Shown: positions 24,801-36,600 of the stretch, one piece after another
Position numbering within the stretch: the first letter of the stretch is position 1
Layout: each line of letters opens with the position of its first letter
From: Anthoceros angustus
Taxonomy: Eukaryota; Plantae; Anthocerotophyta
Length of the DNA: 64,000 nucleotides
Assembly: GCA_010909165.1 (NCBI GenBank)
Contig: MU008155.1
Location: 558,001 to 622,000 of the forward strand
Direction of reading: 5' to 3'
Notes under the pieces: generated by a model
The model's database searches: none
The model's input: only the letters and a program-made list of their open reading frames with translations
Told to the model about the DNA's origin: nothing
Made by a program: the position numbers and the translations under genes

Positions 24801-25445
24801 CACTCATGGAAGGAAGGAGGAGGGCCCCGGGAGGCCGTGGAAGGGCGATCCAGAAACCGGAACCACGGGAGGGCCTGGGTGAGCCCGTGATAAGCCTGAG
24901 GGCAAACCTGGTGCTCGTGAGTCCGGACTTTGTCCGACTGAAAGGCCGGACCCGAGGTCCGCCTCAAGAAAGTCCGGACTTAGAGGTCCAGACTCTAGTG
25001 ACGAGACCGGACCTCGAGGTCCGGAGGGGAAGTCCGACTCGTGAGGTCCGGACTTGGGACAAGTCGACCCCGAGGTCCGGACTGAAAGAAGACGGACCGA
25101 GGTGGACCGAGAGAAGATCGGACCTAGAGGTCCGGACCGAGTCGAGTCGGGACCAAGTCCAGACTCGGGAGCGGAGGGAGCCACCAATCACTCGACAGAG
25201 TTCTTGAGGGCCCAGCATAAGGGCCCGCCAGAGAGATAAGAGAGGATGGGGAGGAGGATTTAGTGGTGACCGCTGCTGTCGCCGCCGCCGCAGAGCGCAT
25301 CGATAGAACTCGGGAGGTCCCGCGCAGATCATCCGATTGCGAAGTTGGGGCTTGGCCGCCAAGGCGGAATCAGCAACTCCAGCCCACCACCGACGAGATA
25401 GGTGGAATAGGGGAAATAGTAGGCGGCCGATGACCGAGCTGGCCA

Positions 25446-25490
25446 CCAATAGGTGTAATAAAGACGCCGACCTGGCGTAGTATAAGAGGG
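25446..25490 (+). promoter_or_regulatory. Putative LTR core promoter (CCAAT ... TATAAGAGGG)
   Basis: TATAAGAGG is conserved in all three homologous LTR segments (25481; rc 34246-34255; rc 29819-29828), ~570 bp from the LTR end. Confidence 0.5.
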
Positions 25491-26409
25491 CCGAGGCTCT
25501 AAGTAAAGTATCTTTCTCTTGGTGTTGATGCGCCTTCTTGCGTGCCCTTTGGCCTTCTAGCGTGAGTCCCGAGTCATGAAAGGTGCCCGGCGACTGGAGA
25601 GATCGATCAAGGTCCCGTGACGGACCCTAATGTGGTGGTGTGTGCAGGAAGGCGACTGGGACCCTTGCTGCCCTCGGCGGTGACCCACATTGACGGACGA
25701 ACGCGTGAGCGAAGGACTTGAGGGCGGTAGAGCCCAACGAGAGGCAGCGGGCGGCGGAGGTCCGACCACCGCGATTTCCCAAGGATAATGAGTGAAGTGA
25801 ATGGTGAGAGAACGGACTAGAGAGCAGTGACAACTTGAGTACACGGACGCGAACGGGTCCTTAAACGCTCGCCACGCCGGCCCGTCGTGAATGTTACGGA
25901 TAGATTAGTCGAAACGATGAATGTGTGTGAGTTCAAAAGTACGATGAAAACGCTTGAAACGCAACCAGCTATCATTCTCTTGGGAACGGACCTCCTTACT
26001 ACAACGACACGGGATTGTGCGCGCCCGGCTGACCATCAGCGAAAGTCGTGCCACAAGGGGCCCGAGCCATGGCGGGAGTTGGAGCTGGTACCAGCGGTCG
26101 GAGGCGGGCTCATAGGCGTAGAAAGTCGCGATGCCGCCGACGTAGTGGGGAGGGTGGATAGGCGCACTATCGATGTCGTCGTCGCTGTTGAAATTATAGA
26201 AGCCTGCCACAAACAGCATCCATGGGTATGGTGCGCCTGCTAGAGGTATCGATGCCAGCCACTCCCGCAACAAAGAGGGCGACGCCACAGCCTTCTGCCA
26301 ACCTTTGCAAACCGTGCGCGACCGCACCAAGCTCACCAGTGGCAGATGAGCCTGTATCTTGGCCATTATGTCGTCATGCAGCTGGCCCTACAGGCCATGG
26401 ACAACGTCC

Positions 26410-26535
26410 TCCACATTCGCATCCACATCCACATCCGCATCCGCATCCGCATCCGCATCTACATCCGCATCCGCATCTACATCTACATCTACATCTACAT
26501 CTACATCTACATCCGCATCCGCATTCGCATCCACC
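26410..26535 (-). repeat. Hexamer microsatellite encoding an (Asp-Ala/Asp-Val)n tract in the F-box N-terminus
   Basis: GATGCG/GATGTA/GATGTG units, in frame with the F-box. Confidence 0.85.
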
Positions 26536-26815
26536 TTAGGCCTTGGCTTTGCTGCACCACATGGCAAGTCAAACTCCCTTCGCTTTACAGGAATGAATGA
26601 CAGATCCGCATCCATCCCGCACCCGCACCTGCACCCTCACCCTCACCCTCACCCTAGGGGTTTTGCTCAAGGGATGACTTATACCAGGACACCAACTACT
26701 TTTTATCATGGGGTTGGAATGCCTGCTAATGATGGAAATGGAAATATAAGTAAATCAAACTTCCCATTTCACTACTCATATTGGAGTTTTACACTGGCCG
26801 ATCATCTCCTTCTAA

Positions 26816-27100
26816 TTTATCCTGAAATTTTTCTTTAGGACCAAGACAATAACGGTACTGATGAAATAAGGTAATAAACTGAAATATTAAAAGAGGTAAA
26901 AAACTTATCCTTAAATTTTTATGTAGGACCAAGACAGTAATGATACTAATGAAATAAGGTCAAAAGGTGAAATATTAAAAGAGGTGAAATATTAAAAGAT
27001 GTAAAAAAATTATCCTTAAATTTTTCTATTGGACGGAGACGGTAACAACACTGATGAAATAAGGTAGAAAAAGTGAAATATTAAAAGAGATAAAAAAAAC
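26816..27100 (+). repeat. AT-rich ~90-100-bp tandem repeat x3
   Basis: GGACCAAGAC..TACTGATGAAATAAGGT..TGAAATATTAAAAGAG..TTATCCTTAAATTTTT recurs three times. Confidence 0.8.
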
Positions 27101-27189
27101 TAATTAGTAGCTGCCTTGTTAAGAAGATGCATATGTTGCATGCTTCATGTAATCTCTTACTAGAGAGGAAGGGTGCATGGTGCATAGGG

Positions 27190-28350
27190 TATTAGGTCCA
27201 CCATGGCGTCCTCTTCGAAAATGACCAAAGTCTTTGTACGATTGACTGGCCAGAATGGGGAGGTTCATGGGCTCTATTTCGACACTTCGACAGGTGTATG
27301 GCTTTACTAATACCATGCACAAACATTGGCGGGTTCATGAAAGCGAGGCGTCGCGTATATTGTACAGAAAACCCCCTTCTTGTATATTCACCCCCTTGTA
27401 ACTTTATCGTGTTAAATTCTATCCTGCATATTGCCTGTTAATTACCATAACACTGCTGTATGCTGTAGGTGTTCCTCACGAGGAAAAATAGTCAGATGCT
27501 CCTCAGGTACCTGAAAATGATGCTAACAACATCCAAGAGATTGGTGATGTCTGCGAGGGCAGCCCCAGCTGGAGTTCTAGGATGCTGAGAAACAAGCATG
27601 TTGCTATACCCCCGTGTAGGAACTGAGAAAAATGGTATGTAGTAAAGTTGGCAATGACTTAATAAGATAGGAGTGGCTTACATGGTTCTCCTTGGCTTAT
27701 ACGTGGGCAATACAGGTAAACCAATGAGGACCATTGAAAGCTTATCAGCAGATAGAAAAGGAAAAGGCAAACTCTATCAGACACTAGTGGTGTAGGTAAG
27801 CCCCTCCCCTCTTTTTTTTTGTTTGTATTTACCACCTCACAACTAATGGGTTTTTGTTTTATGAATGGCAGCTAAACTGATAAATAAATGCATCGGAACT
27901 ACATCTATCAACATCGCAGCTCCCACCAAACCCGCTACATACTTAGGTTACAATATCCCTAGGATGTCCTTGCCAACTGGTAATTTATCAGGCTTAACAT
28001 ACCTAGTTTGCCCTGGTGAGGAGGATGATGTCTATATTCCCCAGACCTATGTATGCTCAAGGACTGGGCTGCACATGGTATGGTTGGGATGTGAACCCTG
28101 CAAAGAGTATGAGGGTCACATCAGGCACTCTTATAGTAAGTGTCCTAAATGTTAGGTTAATTATTATAACCTAAACTCCTAAATAACTTAATATTGTATT
28201 ATTTAATATATATTAATTAATACTCAAACTTCCTATTATGAACTTAGGTTCCGTATGGGCTCTTGAAGAGGAAGAGAAAGCTTGTTATGAACAGCAGTTA
28301 GAGATTGAGGACGAACTTGAATTCATGAACCAAACCTGGGGCTAGGATAA
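27190..28350 (+). other. Possible small multi-exon, Cys-rich gene or TE cargo of unknown function
   Basis: Alternating coding-like blocks and short AT-rich GT-AG segments. ORF 27865-28155 contains CEPC..H..SKCPKC. Confidence 0.25.
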
Positions 28351-28384
28351 AAGGTTATCTTGTGTCTGCTCCTAAAAACCTAGG

Positions 28385-28837
28385 TTAGTATTTTATCTGA
28401 AGGTGGTTTGGACTAACGTCTATAATACCCAAACTTTTCATGTGTTTATTATGTAAGTCCCGACCAAGGGATTTTGTTGATAAATCAGCTGGGTTTTCAT
28501 GAGTTGGGATATAATGAATATCGACTGTTTTATTTTCTAATACCTCCCTAATGTAATGGTACTCTACTGCTATATGCTTAGTTCTAGAATGAAAAACAGG
28601 GTTACGAGCTAAGGCTAAAGCTCCCTGACTATCACTCGAAAAAATTGTGGGATTATTTTCCGGATGGTTTAATTCACGTAAAACTAACCTACTCCATACT
28701 ATGTACTTAACTGCTGAAGTCAAGACTCTATATTCTGACTCAGTACTTAAGAGAGCAATGGTAGGTTGTTTCTTACTTAACTAGGAGATAGGATCTTTGC
28801 CTAAAATGAGTATGTAACCTGATACGGACTTCCTTGT
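28385..28837 (-). mobile_element. Ty1/Copia RNase H fragment
   Basis: TRKSVSGYI, SDSQGALALARNPVFHSRTKHIAVEYHYIRE and NPADLSTKSL. Cut at 28838 by a Gypsy LTR. Confidence 0.9.
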
Positions 28838-29264
28838 TGTGGCGCGACTTTGTTGTACGGCGACGAGCGCCAGTCCCGTGTCGTTGTACAAAGTTGTTTC
28901 ACGAGGATAGTCTCGTGCTTATTACTGAGCTCTACAATCATCGCTGAGCGGACTTCATCATGTGGTCCGGCGGCTCCACAACCCAGTGTGTGCCCCTCCA
29001 CCTGTCGGACGGGCCAGCGCCGGACCTTCCACGAACCCCTTGGGTTTCTCCAGTATCACGAATAGGTTTAGCAGCGTTCCTCCGTAATCTCGTGCTCTAG
29101 CGCCCGGCGCTCCTCAAACTCTGTCGACCACAACTCACCTCAGCACACCCAGCGCGGCGCCCTCCTCTCTTAAACCCGGTAGTAGTCACCCACCAACCAG
29201 CGATGTATTCACACGGGCCGCGCTTTGCCCCTTCCGGGCACTTCCGTTACGGAGAAGAAGCCCT
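28838..29264 (-). mobile_element. Gypsy LTR fragment (same subfamily as 16312-16713)
   Basis: Starts TGTGGCGCGACTTT and aligns with 16312-16625. Confidence 0.65.
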
Positions 29265-30051
29265 TGTGCGCGACTTGTTGACGGCCAGGCCGCGCACAAT
29301 CCATGTCGTTGTAGTAAGTCCGCTCCCAAGAGAATGATAAGCTCGTTTGCAGCGTTTGGTTGATCTCACCTCACCTTGTGGCGCACTTAACACACGTTAT
29401 TTTGCGCCTAACTCGTAACGTCCACCGATCGGGCCGGTGTGTGGCGTTTAAGGACCCGTTTGCGTCCGTATCGTTCACACGCCTCGTTCCTCTAGTCGTT
29501 CCTCTCGCTCTACACTCATCAACCTTGAAAGCGAGTGGCTACCAGGACCTCCTCCGTCGCTCTGCGGGCCTCTCGTCGCTCTGCGCCTCCGGGAGTTCCT
29601 CCGGCTCACGTTCGGTCCGTTCGTGACGGCTGCTCGGATGAACAAGGGTCCCCGATCGCTCTTCCACCCGCACACCACGTTAGGGTCCGTCACGGGACCT
29701 TGATCGATCTCTCTCGCCATTTGTCACCTTTCGGTGACTCGGGACTCACGTTAGCAAGAAGACGCGAGTGCAAGAAAGCGGCATCAACACCAAGAAGATG
29801 ATTTATTGAGCGCCTCGGCCCTCTTATACTCGCGAAGGTGGCGCCTTTATTACACCTCTATTACGTGAGGCCAGCTTTGTGCCCTAACCGGCCGCCTACT
29901 ATCCCCTATTCCTCCTCCTTCGCGCCGTGGTGGTGAGGGGATTGATTCCTTCTTGGCAAGCCGAGCCACGGCTGGCGCGCAATCGGATGATCCGCGGGCC
30001 CCTTCCTCTTCCGAGTGCATCTGCGCACCGTGGCGGCGACAGCCATACACA
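29265..30051 (-). mobile_element. ~0.8-kb LTR segment equal to the distal part of the giant LTR
   Basis: TGTGCGCGACTT...TACACA. Homologous to 33685-34500 and to rc of 25261-26055. Confidence 0.75.
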
Positions 30052-33000
30052 TGGGTCCAGGTCCTTTTAGTCTTGGGGCGACAGTGGTGGAGGTCTCTGA
30101 ATGCCTCCTCTCTGGCGTCCGGGGTCCATTCCTCCTCCTTCTGAGGTAGCTCTGTTAGCGAGGCCCTCTTTGCAAAATCTTGGATGAAACGCCTATACCA
30201 TGCCCGGGAATCCCGTAACTCCTTCAAGTTCGTTGGTGGAGGGATGACTTTCACCTTGTCTTGGTCCACCTCTATCCCTCTTGGCACTCGGTGCCCAACA
30301 AGATTCCCTCTGTCATCAGTAGCATTTCTCGGGATGCGAGGCCAGTTGAGTCTCCTACATCGTTCCAAACACTTCCATAAATGTCACGTGTTTGTCCTCC
30401 TCTCCGTGCACAGTCGTCCAAGAACACCTCCATGAAGTCCCTCGGAAATTCCGGAAGGCGTTGGTCACCATCCGCATAAATGATTGCTCTGTCATCCGAA
30501 GGCACTCCGTTTGTAGGCAAGCGTCCCCACTCCGTGGTGAATGTTGTCTTATCGTCACTCCCTTAGGGTATGGCGGTTGTAGCGATGGCCGTCAAGAAGG
30601 AGTAGGTACTCGATCACGCCACCTTGTCGATTATGTCGTCCACAAAGGGCATGGGAAATGGTCCTTTTAGTGGCGGCGTTAAGCTTTCTCCGATCTGCGG
30701 ACCCATCTGCCCTTGCTTGGCCACGACCGGCCACCCACTCCTTTATTCACGATTGGGAAGATGATGTCGCTTCCGGATACTTATCCGGACTTCCTTGACC
30801 TTGGCGAGTGCTTGGGATTGATTTATCTTGCCTAATCGAGCGAGGCACCGCTCAGCTTCAGATCTATCCGTTATTGCTTGTTGAATGCCTTCATGTCGTG
30901 ACCTTGAAAACACATGTGAGGTCTTGTTTAACTCATGGCATACCCTTGCGGAATTTCCACAGGCGAACCTCCATCTTCCACATCGTCGGGATTAAGTCTC
31001 TCTTTCCTCGCTTCTTGAGCCATCATCCTCTACAGGGTTCATCTTCACGCATTCCCCATTCTCGGAAGAGTTTCAGGTGAACCGGTTACTTCTTGAGTCC
31101 CCCTCAGGAGGGTTCCCTTTTTTGTCCTCCATGACTTCCACTTGGAAGCGGTGATCACCTCTGCTCCAAAGTGTCCCTCAGTCCATTTTCTTCTTACCAG
31201 ATTTTGGGAAAGGTAGTCCTCATTCGTATCCTCGCGCTCATCGTCCCCTTGTCTTGAGGTGTACCCTATGGTCTTGTGGTTTCTGATGTGTCCTCCGGTG
31301 TCGCTACGTCCTTCCCTCACCTTGGATCCCAGTCCACTTGGCAAGTGTATAGTCAAGTGTAGTTTTGTCGCGGCGAGGCCCGGCCGCCAGGACCTCATAC
31401 CCGGTCCGGTGGTCGATGGACGAAATCTAATGTATAGGGCTCCGCTATGGTGGCTTGGACTCGGACAACTCCCTGCTGGCGCTCGCCGACATGTCCATCA
31501 TCACGAGGGTTTTGGTGGATGGCTCGAAGGTGGTGAACCCGGCCGTCTTGCGGTGGCCTCGGTGATGAGGTTCACTCGACCCGTGTCCGAGGCACGTTTT
31601 AATTACACACCCGCAATTTCCACACTGGCGGTCGTGAGATACGACCCTTACCTCCACGTTCTTGCCCTTAGGACCAAGGAGTTCCGGCGTGGTTGCGTTT
31701 CCTGATGGCCTTCCGGACTTCACAGCCGATAGCCGGGTTGTCTTTAACAAGCGCCTAAGGGACACCAAGTGTTGTTGGTCCATCATCAAGTCGGCCACCT
31801 TGAAAGGGCGGGTGGTTCTCTGCGTCGCGTCCACCTTGACTCCTCCGGTTTGGCCGCTCTTTGGTGGTCGGACCACTTGTCGGAGTTCTTCTTGAAGCAT
31901 CTCGGTCACTTCTCGGACCACATCCGGTGGAAGCTGCGGGCGTTGCCGGGTGAGTCCGCTTCTCGGAGACTCCGGTGGCTTTTGGAGTTCTTCTTGGCGG
32001 GCTGCCCGGTTAACTCGTCCTCTTTGGCGGGTTCGGCTTCCTTCAGGTGTTAGTCCTCCGTGTATGGGACTATCCCATTTTCTTCTTCCTCTTCTCTCCT
32101 TTCCTTCGCTCCTTTCGGCGACTCGGGTTGACACTTCCGGTACCTCAGTCCGCCTTCTTAGCGAACTTGCCCGTACCACCTCGTTCGAGCTCCTCGGTGC
32201 CTCCTCCCCTCCGTTGTCGTCTTCAATTAGCGTAGCCTTAGGGAGGGCGTGGTGGTCGGCTCTCCCAGGGTGGCGTGGCACCGTCCTCGGCGAGGGATTC
32301 GGACACAGTCTTGCCATGTGCCCTGCACCTTCGTCTCCACACAGGCGTTCAAAGTCCCGTTGCCTTGAGTGGGGTATGGGCGTTGGAGTAGTGCGGGGTT
32401 CCACAGTTCCAAGACCACGCCGCCACAGAATTCACTGGAGGGGCTCCCATGCGTCTTCGGAGGTCGATGCGACGGACCGGCTCATGGGGTACATCGTCAC
32501 GGGATCACGTGGTCCCGGTTGTGCTTCTTGCACTTGGTATGCATCCTCCCAGTTCCTCGGACTCTTCCCGTAGTCCACACAGTTCACGGGTGCGGAGGCG
32601 GTTGGCCTTGAATGCCCATGTTGGTGACACACGCACACCACGATGAGTCGGACCGTGGTGGCCGCCGTTCTTTATCCTTCACGGTTGATCGTCAACTCCT
32701 CCACCTCTTCATTACCCGTTCTAGATCTTCCCTCGGTCCGCTACTTCCTTCAAAGGAGGTCGGTGGGACCTCTCGTGCAGTGGGCATCATGACCTCCTTC
32801 TTTTCCACCCTCGCGACTACGGGCTTCTTCTTCTTTATTTTTTGGGGTTCTTCTTCTTCCATGACCTCCTCGGATTCTTCTTGAGTCCTCTTCCTCTTCC
32901 TCCGTGCTGCCTCGGTCTCATCATCCTCCTTCGTCAGGGTTCTTCATCTTGGTCCGACCCCTTCTTCTTTTCTTCTTTCCTCTGGAGGAGTCCTCGGCCG

Positions 33001-33500
33001 TCGTTGGTGCATCGATTCTTCATAGTTCTCCGCCCGGACCTTGCTCACATCTTTCTGCCAACAGCCGTGCTTAGCCATTGGCTTGGATAAGCCCGGTGCG
33101 AACCAGCTACCGCTTTGCATGGTAGTGTGAGTGGGGTGCGGTCCCCGGAGCGTAGAACCGTTCGATGATCGATCCCAACTTTCCTTCCTCGCTTGGTTCT
33201 CGAGTTTGGACAAGGCGTAGCCTTCTTGATCGATTCGGAATCTTTCTGAAGGCATCCTTCAATGAAGGTTGCGGGGTGCGTTACGAGGCGGTGGTATTTC
33301 CTCCGATACCAGGCATGCCCGGACACCTTGGAGCAGTGAATGAGCTGCGCATCGAACCTTCTCCGTTGAAGTTTGCGCGACCGAAATCCTCCACGAAGGT
33401 TTGACGTCCCTCTCCTTCTTACCTCCAAAGAGAATCGCTTGCTTGGTCGGCGTTGTTGCCATCGCGCGATCGGTGAGGTGAGGAACCGCCCCCGCTGACT
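30052..33500 (-). mobile_element. Non-chromoviral Ty3/Gypsy (Athila/Phygy-like) gag-protease-RT, frameshifted and truncated before RNase H/integrase
   Basis: Zn knuckle CGDEG.GHMARLCP. Protease-like NVP.DTGS.VNLI near 31560-31600. RT motifs DFMEVFLDD, GIEVDQDKVKVI, PPPTNLKELR and YRRFIQDFAK. Confidence 0.85.
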
Positions 33501-33667
33501 TGGTCTGCGTCCTCCTCTCGATCCGACAACTCCACCGCTTACTTGGTGTCCTGCCTCGAGCTCGTCGTCTCTCACGCTGCTCGGGCGCTCGGCGATCTGG
33601 CGTCCGACTCTCGATGGTCGTCCTTAACCTCCGTCCTCCACGCATCACGCTTGCTGGGCGATTTCAT

Positions 33668-33681
33668 TCCCCGCGGCGCCA
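33668..33681 (-). other. Primer-binding site
   Basis: Minus strand reads ...CACA-TTT-TGGCGCCGCGGGGA, resembling the Athila-type TGGCGCCGTTGCCGGGGA with a small deletion. Confidence 0.6.
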
Positions 33682-33684
33682 AAA

Positions 33685-36600
33685 TGTGCGCGACTTTTCT
33701 GATAGCCGGTAGCGCGCACAATCCGTGTCGTTGTAGGAAGAGTTCGTTCCCAAAGGAATGATAGCTCCGTTCGCGTTTGGTGATTCTTCGTCTTACTTCG
33801 TCGTTCGGTCCTCGCACACACTTAGTTCACGTCTAACTACCTCAAACACCGCACGGTGTATGGCCAAGCGTTTAAGGACCCGTTCGCGTCCGTTCGTTCG
33901 TTCGTCTCTCACACCTCTCGTCCTCCTCTCTCCTCACACTACACTTATCGGTCTTAAGGAAGGCGGGTTACAGTCCGGACCTCCTCGTCGTTCCAGGGCT
34001 CTCGTCCGGGCTCACGCGCCCTCCAGTCCCTCGGCTCACACGTTCCGGTCCGTTCGGTATTGGGCGGCTCGGGCGAGCAGTCCCCGATCACCCTTCCTGC
34101 ACACACCACAACACGTTAGGTCGTCACGGGACCGATCAATCTCCGGTGGCCGTGCACCTTTCGGTGACTCGGGACTCACGTTAGCAGAAGACACACGAGT
34201 GCAGCAGCATCAACACCAAGGAAAGATGATTTATTGGGCAGCTGACCCTCTTATACTACGCCCGGTCGGCGTCTTTATTACCCCTATTACGGTGATGGCC
34301 ATTTCGGTATACTAATCGGCCGCCTACCATCCTATTCCCTCCTCCTATCTCCTTCGGCGGTGGGGGAAGGTCCGGTTCCTTGGGATTGGTGGTCCAATCT
34401 CCCGACAATTGCGGCGCGCAATCGGATGATCCGGCGGACCCCTCCTTTCTCCGGAATCACAGCCGGGTTGGGCTCGTGGCGGTCGGCGGCCGTTACCACA
34501 CGTCATCCTCCCTGGCCTTCCGTGGGTCCCCTCGGTGGGGCCCCGTATCGGCTCCCCTAGCGTAAGTCGAGAGGGCTCCTCCTTCTTCGGTCCGGACCTC
34601 GGGGTCGGTCTCGACTCGACTGAACTCCAAGGGTCGGTTTATTTCCTCCGTGGGTCGGCCTCGTCTCAGGGTTCGGACCTCGGGGTCGACTTATTGGTCC
34701 GGTCTCAACTCGGACCCCTTCCTGGACCTCGTCTTGCTAGGTCCTCCTCCTTACCCAGGCCCTTGTCTTGGTTGGGTTGGCTCCCCTTGCACCCCTGCGG
34801 GCCCCTCACCCCCCCGGATCGGGTGGTGGTGAACTTACCTTGGGGTCCTGCGTCCCGCTCCTCTTGGGGCTCCTCCTTCTTGCCGGGTCCGGACCTCGAG
34901 GTCGGTCTCGACTCAGTGAACTCCAAGTCGGCTTATTTCTGAGTCAGGCCGGTGGGTCCGGCCTCGTCTCGGGTTCGGACCTCGGTCGAACTTATTCAGT
35001 CCCGGTCCCGCTCCGGACCCCTTCAGACCTCGTCTTGCTAGGTCCTCCTCCTTACCCCCCGACCCTTGTCTTGGTTGGGTTGGCTCCTCCCTGCACCCCT
35101 TGGGCCCGTCACCCCCTTCTCGGCGGGTGGTGGTGAACTTACCTTGAGGGTCCGTTGCGTCCCGCTCCTTGGGGCTCTTCTCCTTGTGCCGTCGTCTCCA
35201 AGCAGGGCCCCTAGGGTCCCTGGCTCCGTGCCCTTCTTCCCCTCAGGCCTTCCAGGGGCCGTCTGGCGGTGAGGCGAGGCCTCCGGGAGCTCGGTGTGGT
35301 AATAGGCAAAGTCCGAATCCACTTGCTGGATTGCCTCTTCCACGTGTGCGGGCACCGATACTCCCTTAGCCATAGTGCTCGGGGTGAGCTGTTGCCGCTT
35401 GTTGCTCCACCTCCTCCGAGTTGGATAGTGGGCTGCTTCTCATGTGCCAGTGCCTCGGTCACCTCCATGATCGTCATGTTGCTCCACTTGCTCCAACTCT
35501 CCGTTTGGTTCAGCCGGCTTGCCCGCCGCTTCCCCAAACTTCCTCGGTGGACGGCGGCTTCTTATACGCTTCAGCGCCCTCTCCTTGTCCATTACGGCAT
35601 TAACTCGCCATCTCCTCACGGTGGCAACTTGCCGGGCTCTTCACCAGCCCTTTTCCATCTCGGCGGCGTCTGCTCCTGTTCCCGCCGCCTTGACTCCGTC
35701 CGCCAGCAGGCGGCGCTCTATCTCCGGTCGCGTTCGCGACCATCCTGAACTACCATTCCTCTCAATGATAGTTTGGCTGCGGCTCAAAGTCTCCTTGCGG
35801 TCCTCCATCTCGCTGCTGCTCCACCTCCGGGAGTCGGAGATCCTCCATCCTCCTTGTTGCGACTTCTTGGGGCTGGTGGTCGCGCACTCGCCACCTCCTG
35901 CTCCATCTTGAGGCGGTGGGCGCTCTATCTCGCTCGAAGTCTGGATTCTCCCATTGAGAATTCCTTGCTTGCTCCGGCCGTCTTGGGTTGTAACTCCAAG
36001 GTGTCCTTCTTGTCCTCCAACTCCACGCCTCCCCCTCTCTGTGCACAGGGTCCCGATTTCCCGGGTCTTGGCCTCAGTGTTTGCGGCTCTGGGTGCTCAG
36101 CTGACCCTTGCTCGGCCTTGATTGGCCGTGGCTCTCGGCCGCCTCCCTCCACGGTTCCGATCACGCCGATAGTGATCGCGATCGGCCTCGCCGTGGCCTC
36201 CGCCTCCTTGGCCACCTTCACAGCCTCTCGGCTTGGCTCTGGTCGGTCAGTGCCTCCGGATCCGCGCCCGTTACGCGGGCGTCCTCACCTTCTGCTGCGC
36301 TCGCCCCTCACTGCGAGGTCCTCCGCCCGCGCTTGGGCCTCCTTAGTGCCTTGGTGTTCCTCCGGTGAAGGAATTTGTCCGGTCCTTGCGGATGGACGGA
36401 CCTCCCTCTCGGCCTCCGGCGTTTCCCTCCTCAATCCGGAGCTTGGCCTTCCTTCTCGCCTCTGGGCTCCCTCAGCTGCTCACGGAGGAGTACCATGCGC
36501 CTCGGGTGGCTTCTACCTCCACAGGTCTTCTCGGCCATCCTTGAGACCCCAGAGCATACCGTCCATGGCAGTGGCAGGACTCCCCGCCGTGTTTCTTCCA

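Larger units (their letters stand above)
20913..26055 (+). mobile_element. Giant (5143 bp) solo LTR of a Ty3/Gypsy family
   Basis: Begins TGTGG and ends CCACA. Perfect 5-bp TSD AGGGG (20908-20912 and 26056-26060). Colinear with rc of 33685-38518, which abuts a PBS. No gag/pol inside. Confidence 0.85.
20002..26615 (-). pseudogene. F-box/kelch-like gene interrupted by a solo LTR (N-terminal part 26615-26056, C-terminal part 20912-~20002)
   Basis: F-box QLHDDIMAKIQAHLPLVSLVRSRTVCKGW and YAYEPASDRW. Removing 20913-26055 plus one TSD restores the frame LPPWLGPLPDLIPESPLWVL...GMLVDATACCFKLVAV; LQIWELDFARMTW follows after a frameshift. In-frame stops at 26388-26390 and 20751-20753. Confidence 0.8.

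Noticed and set aside
20937-26056. Alternative insertion boundary with GGGG TSD
   Set aside because: 20913-26055 gives canonical TG..CA ends with 5-bp inverted repeats and a perfect 5-bp TSD, and it also restores the host frame.
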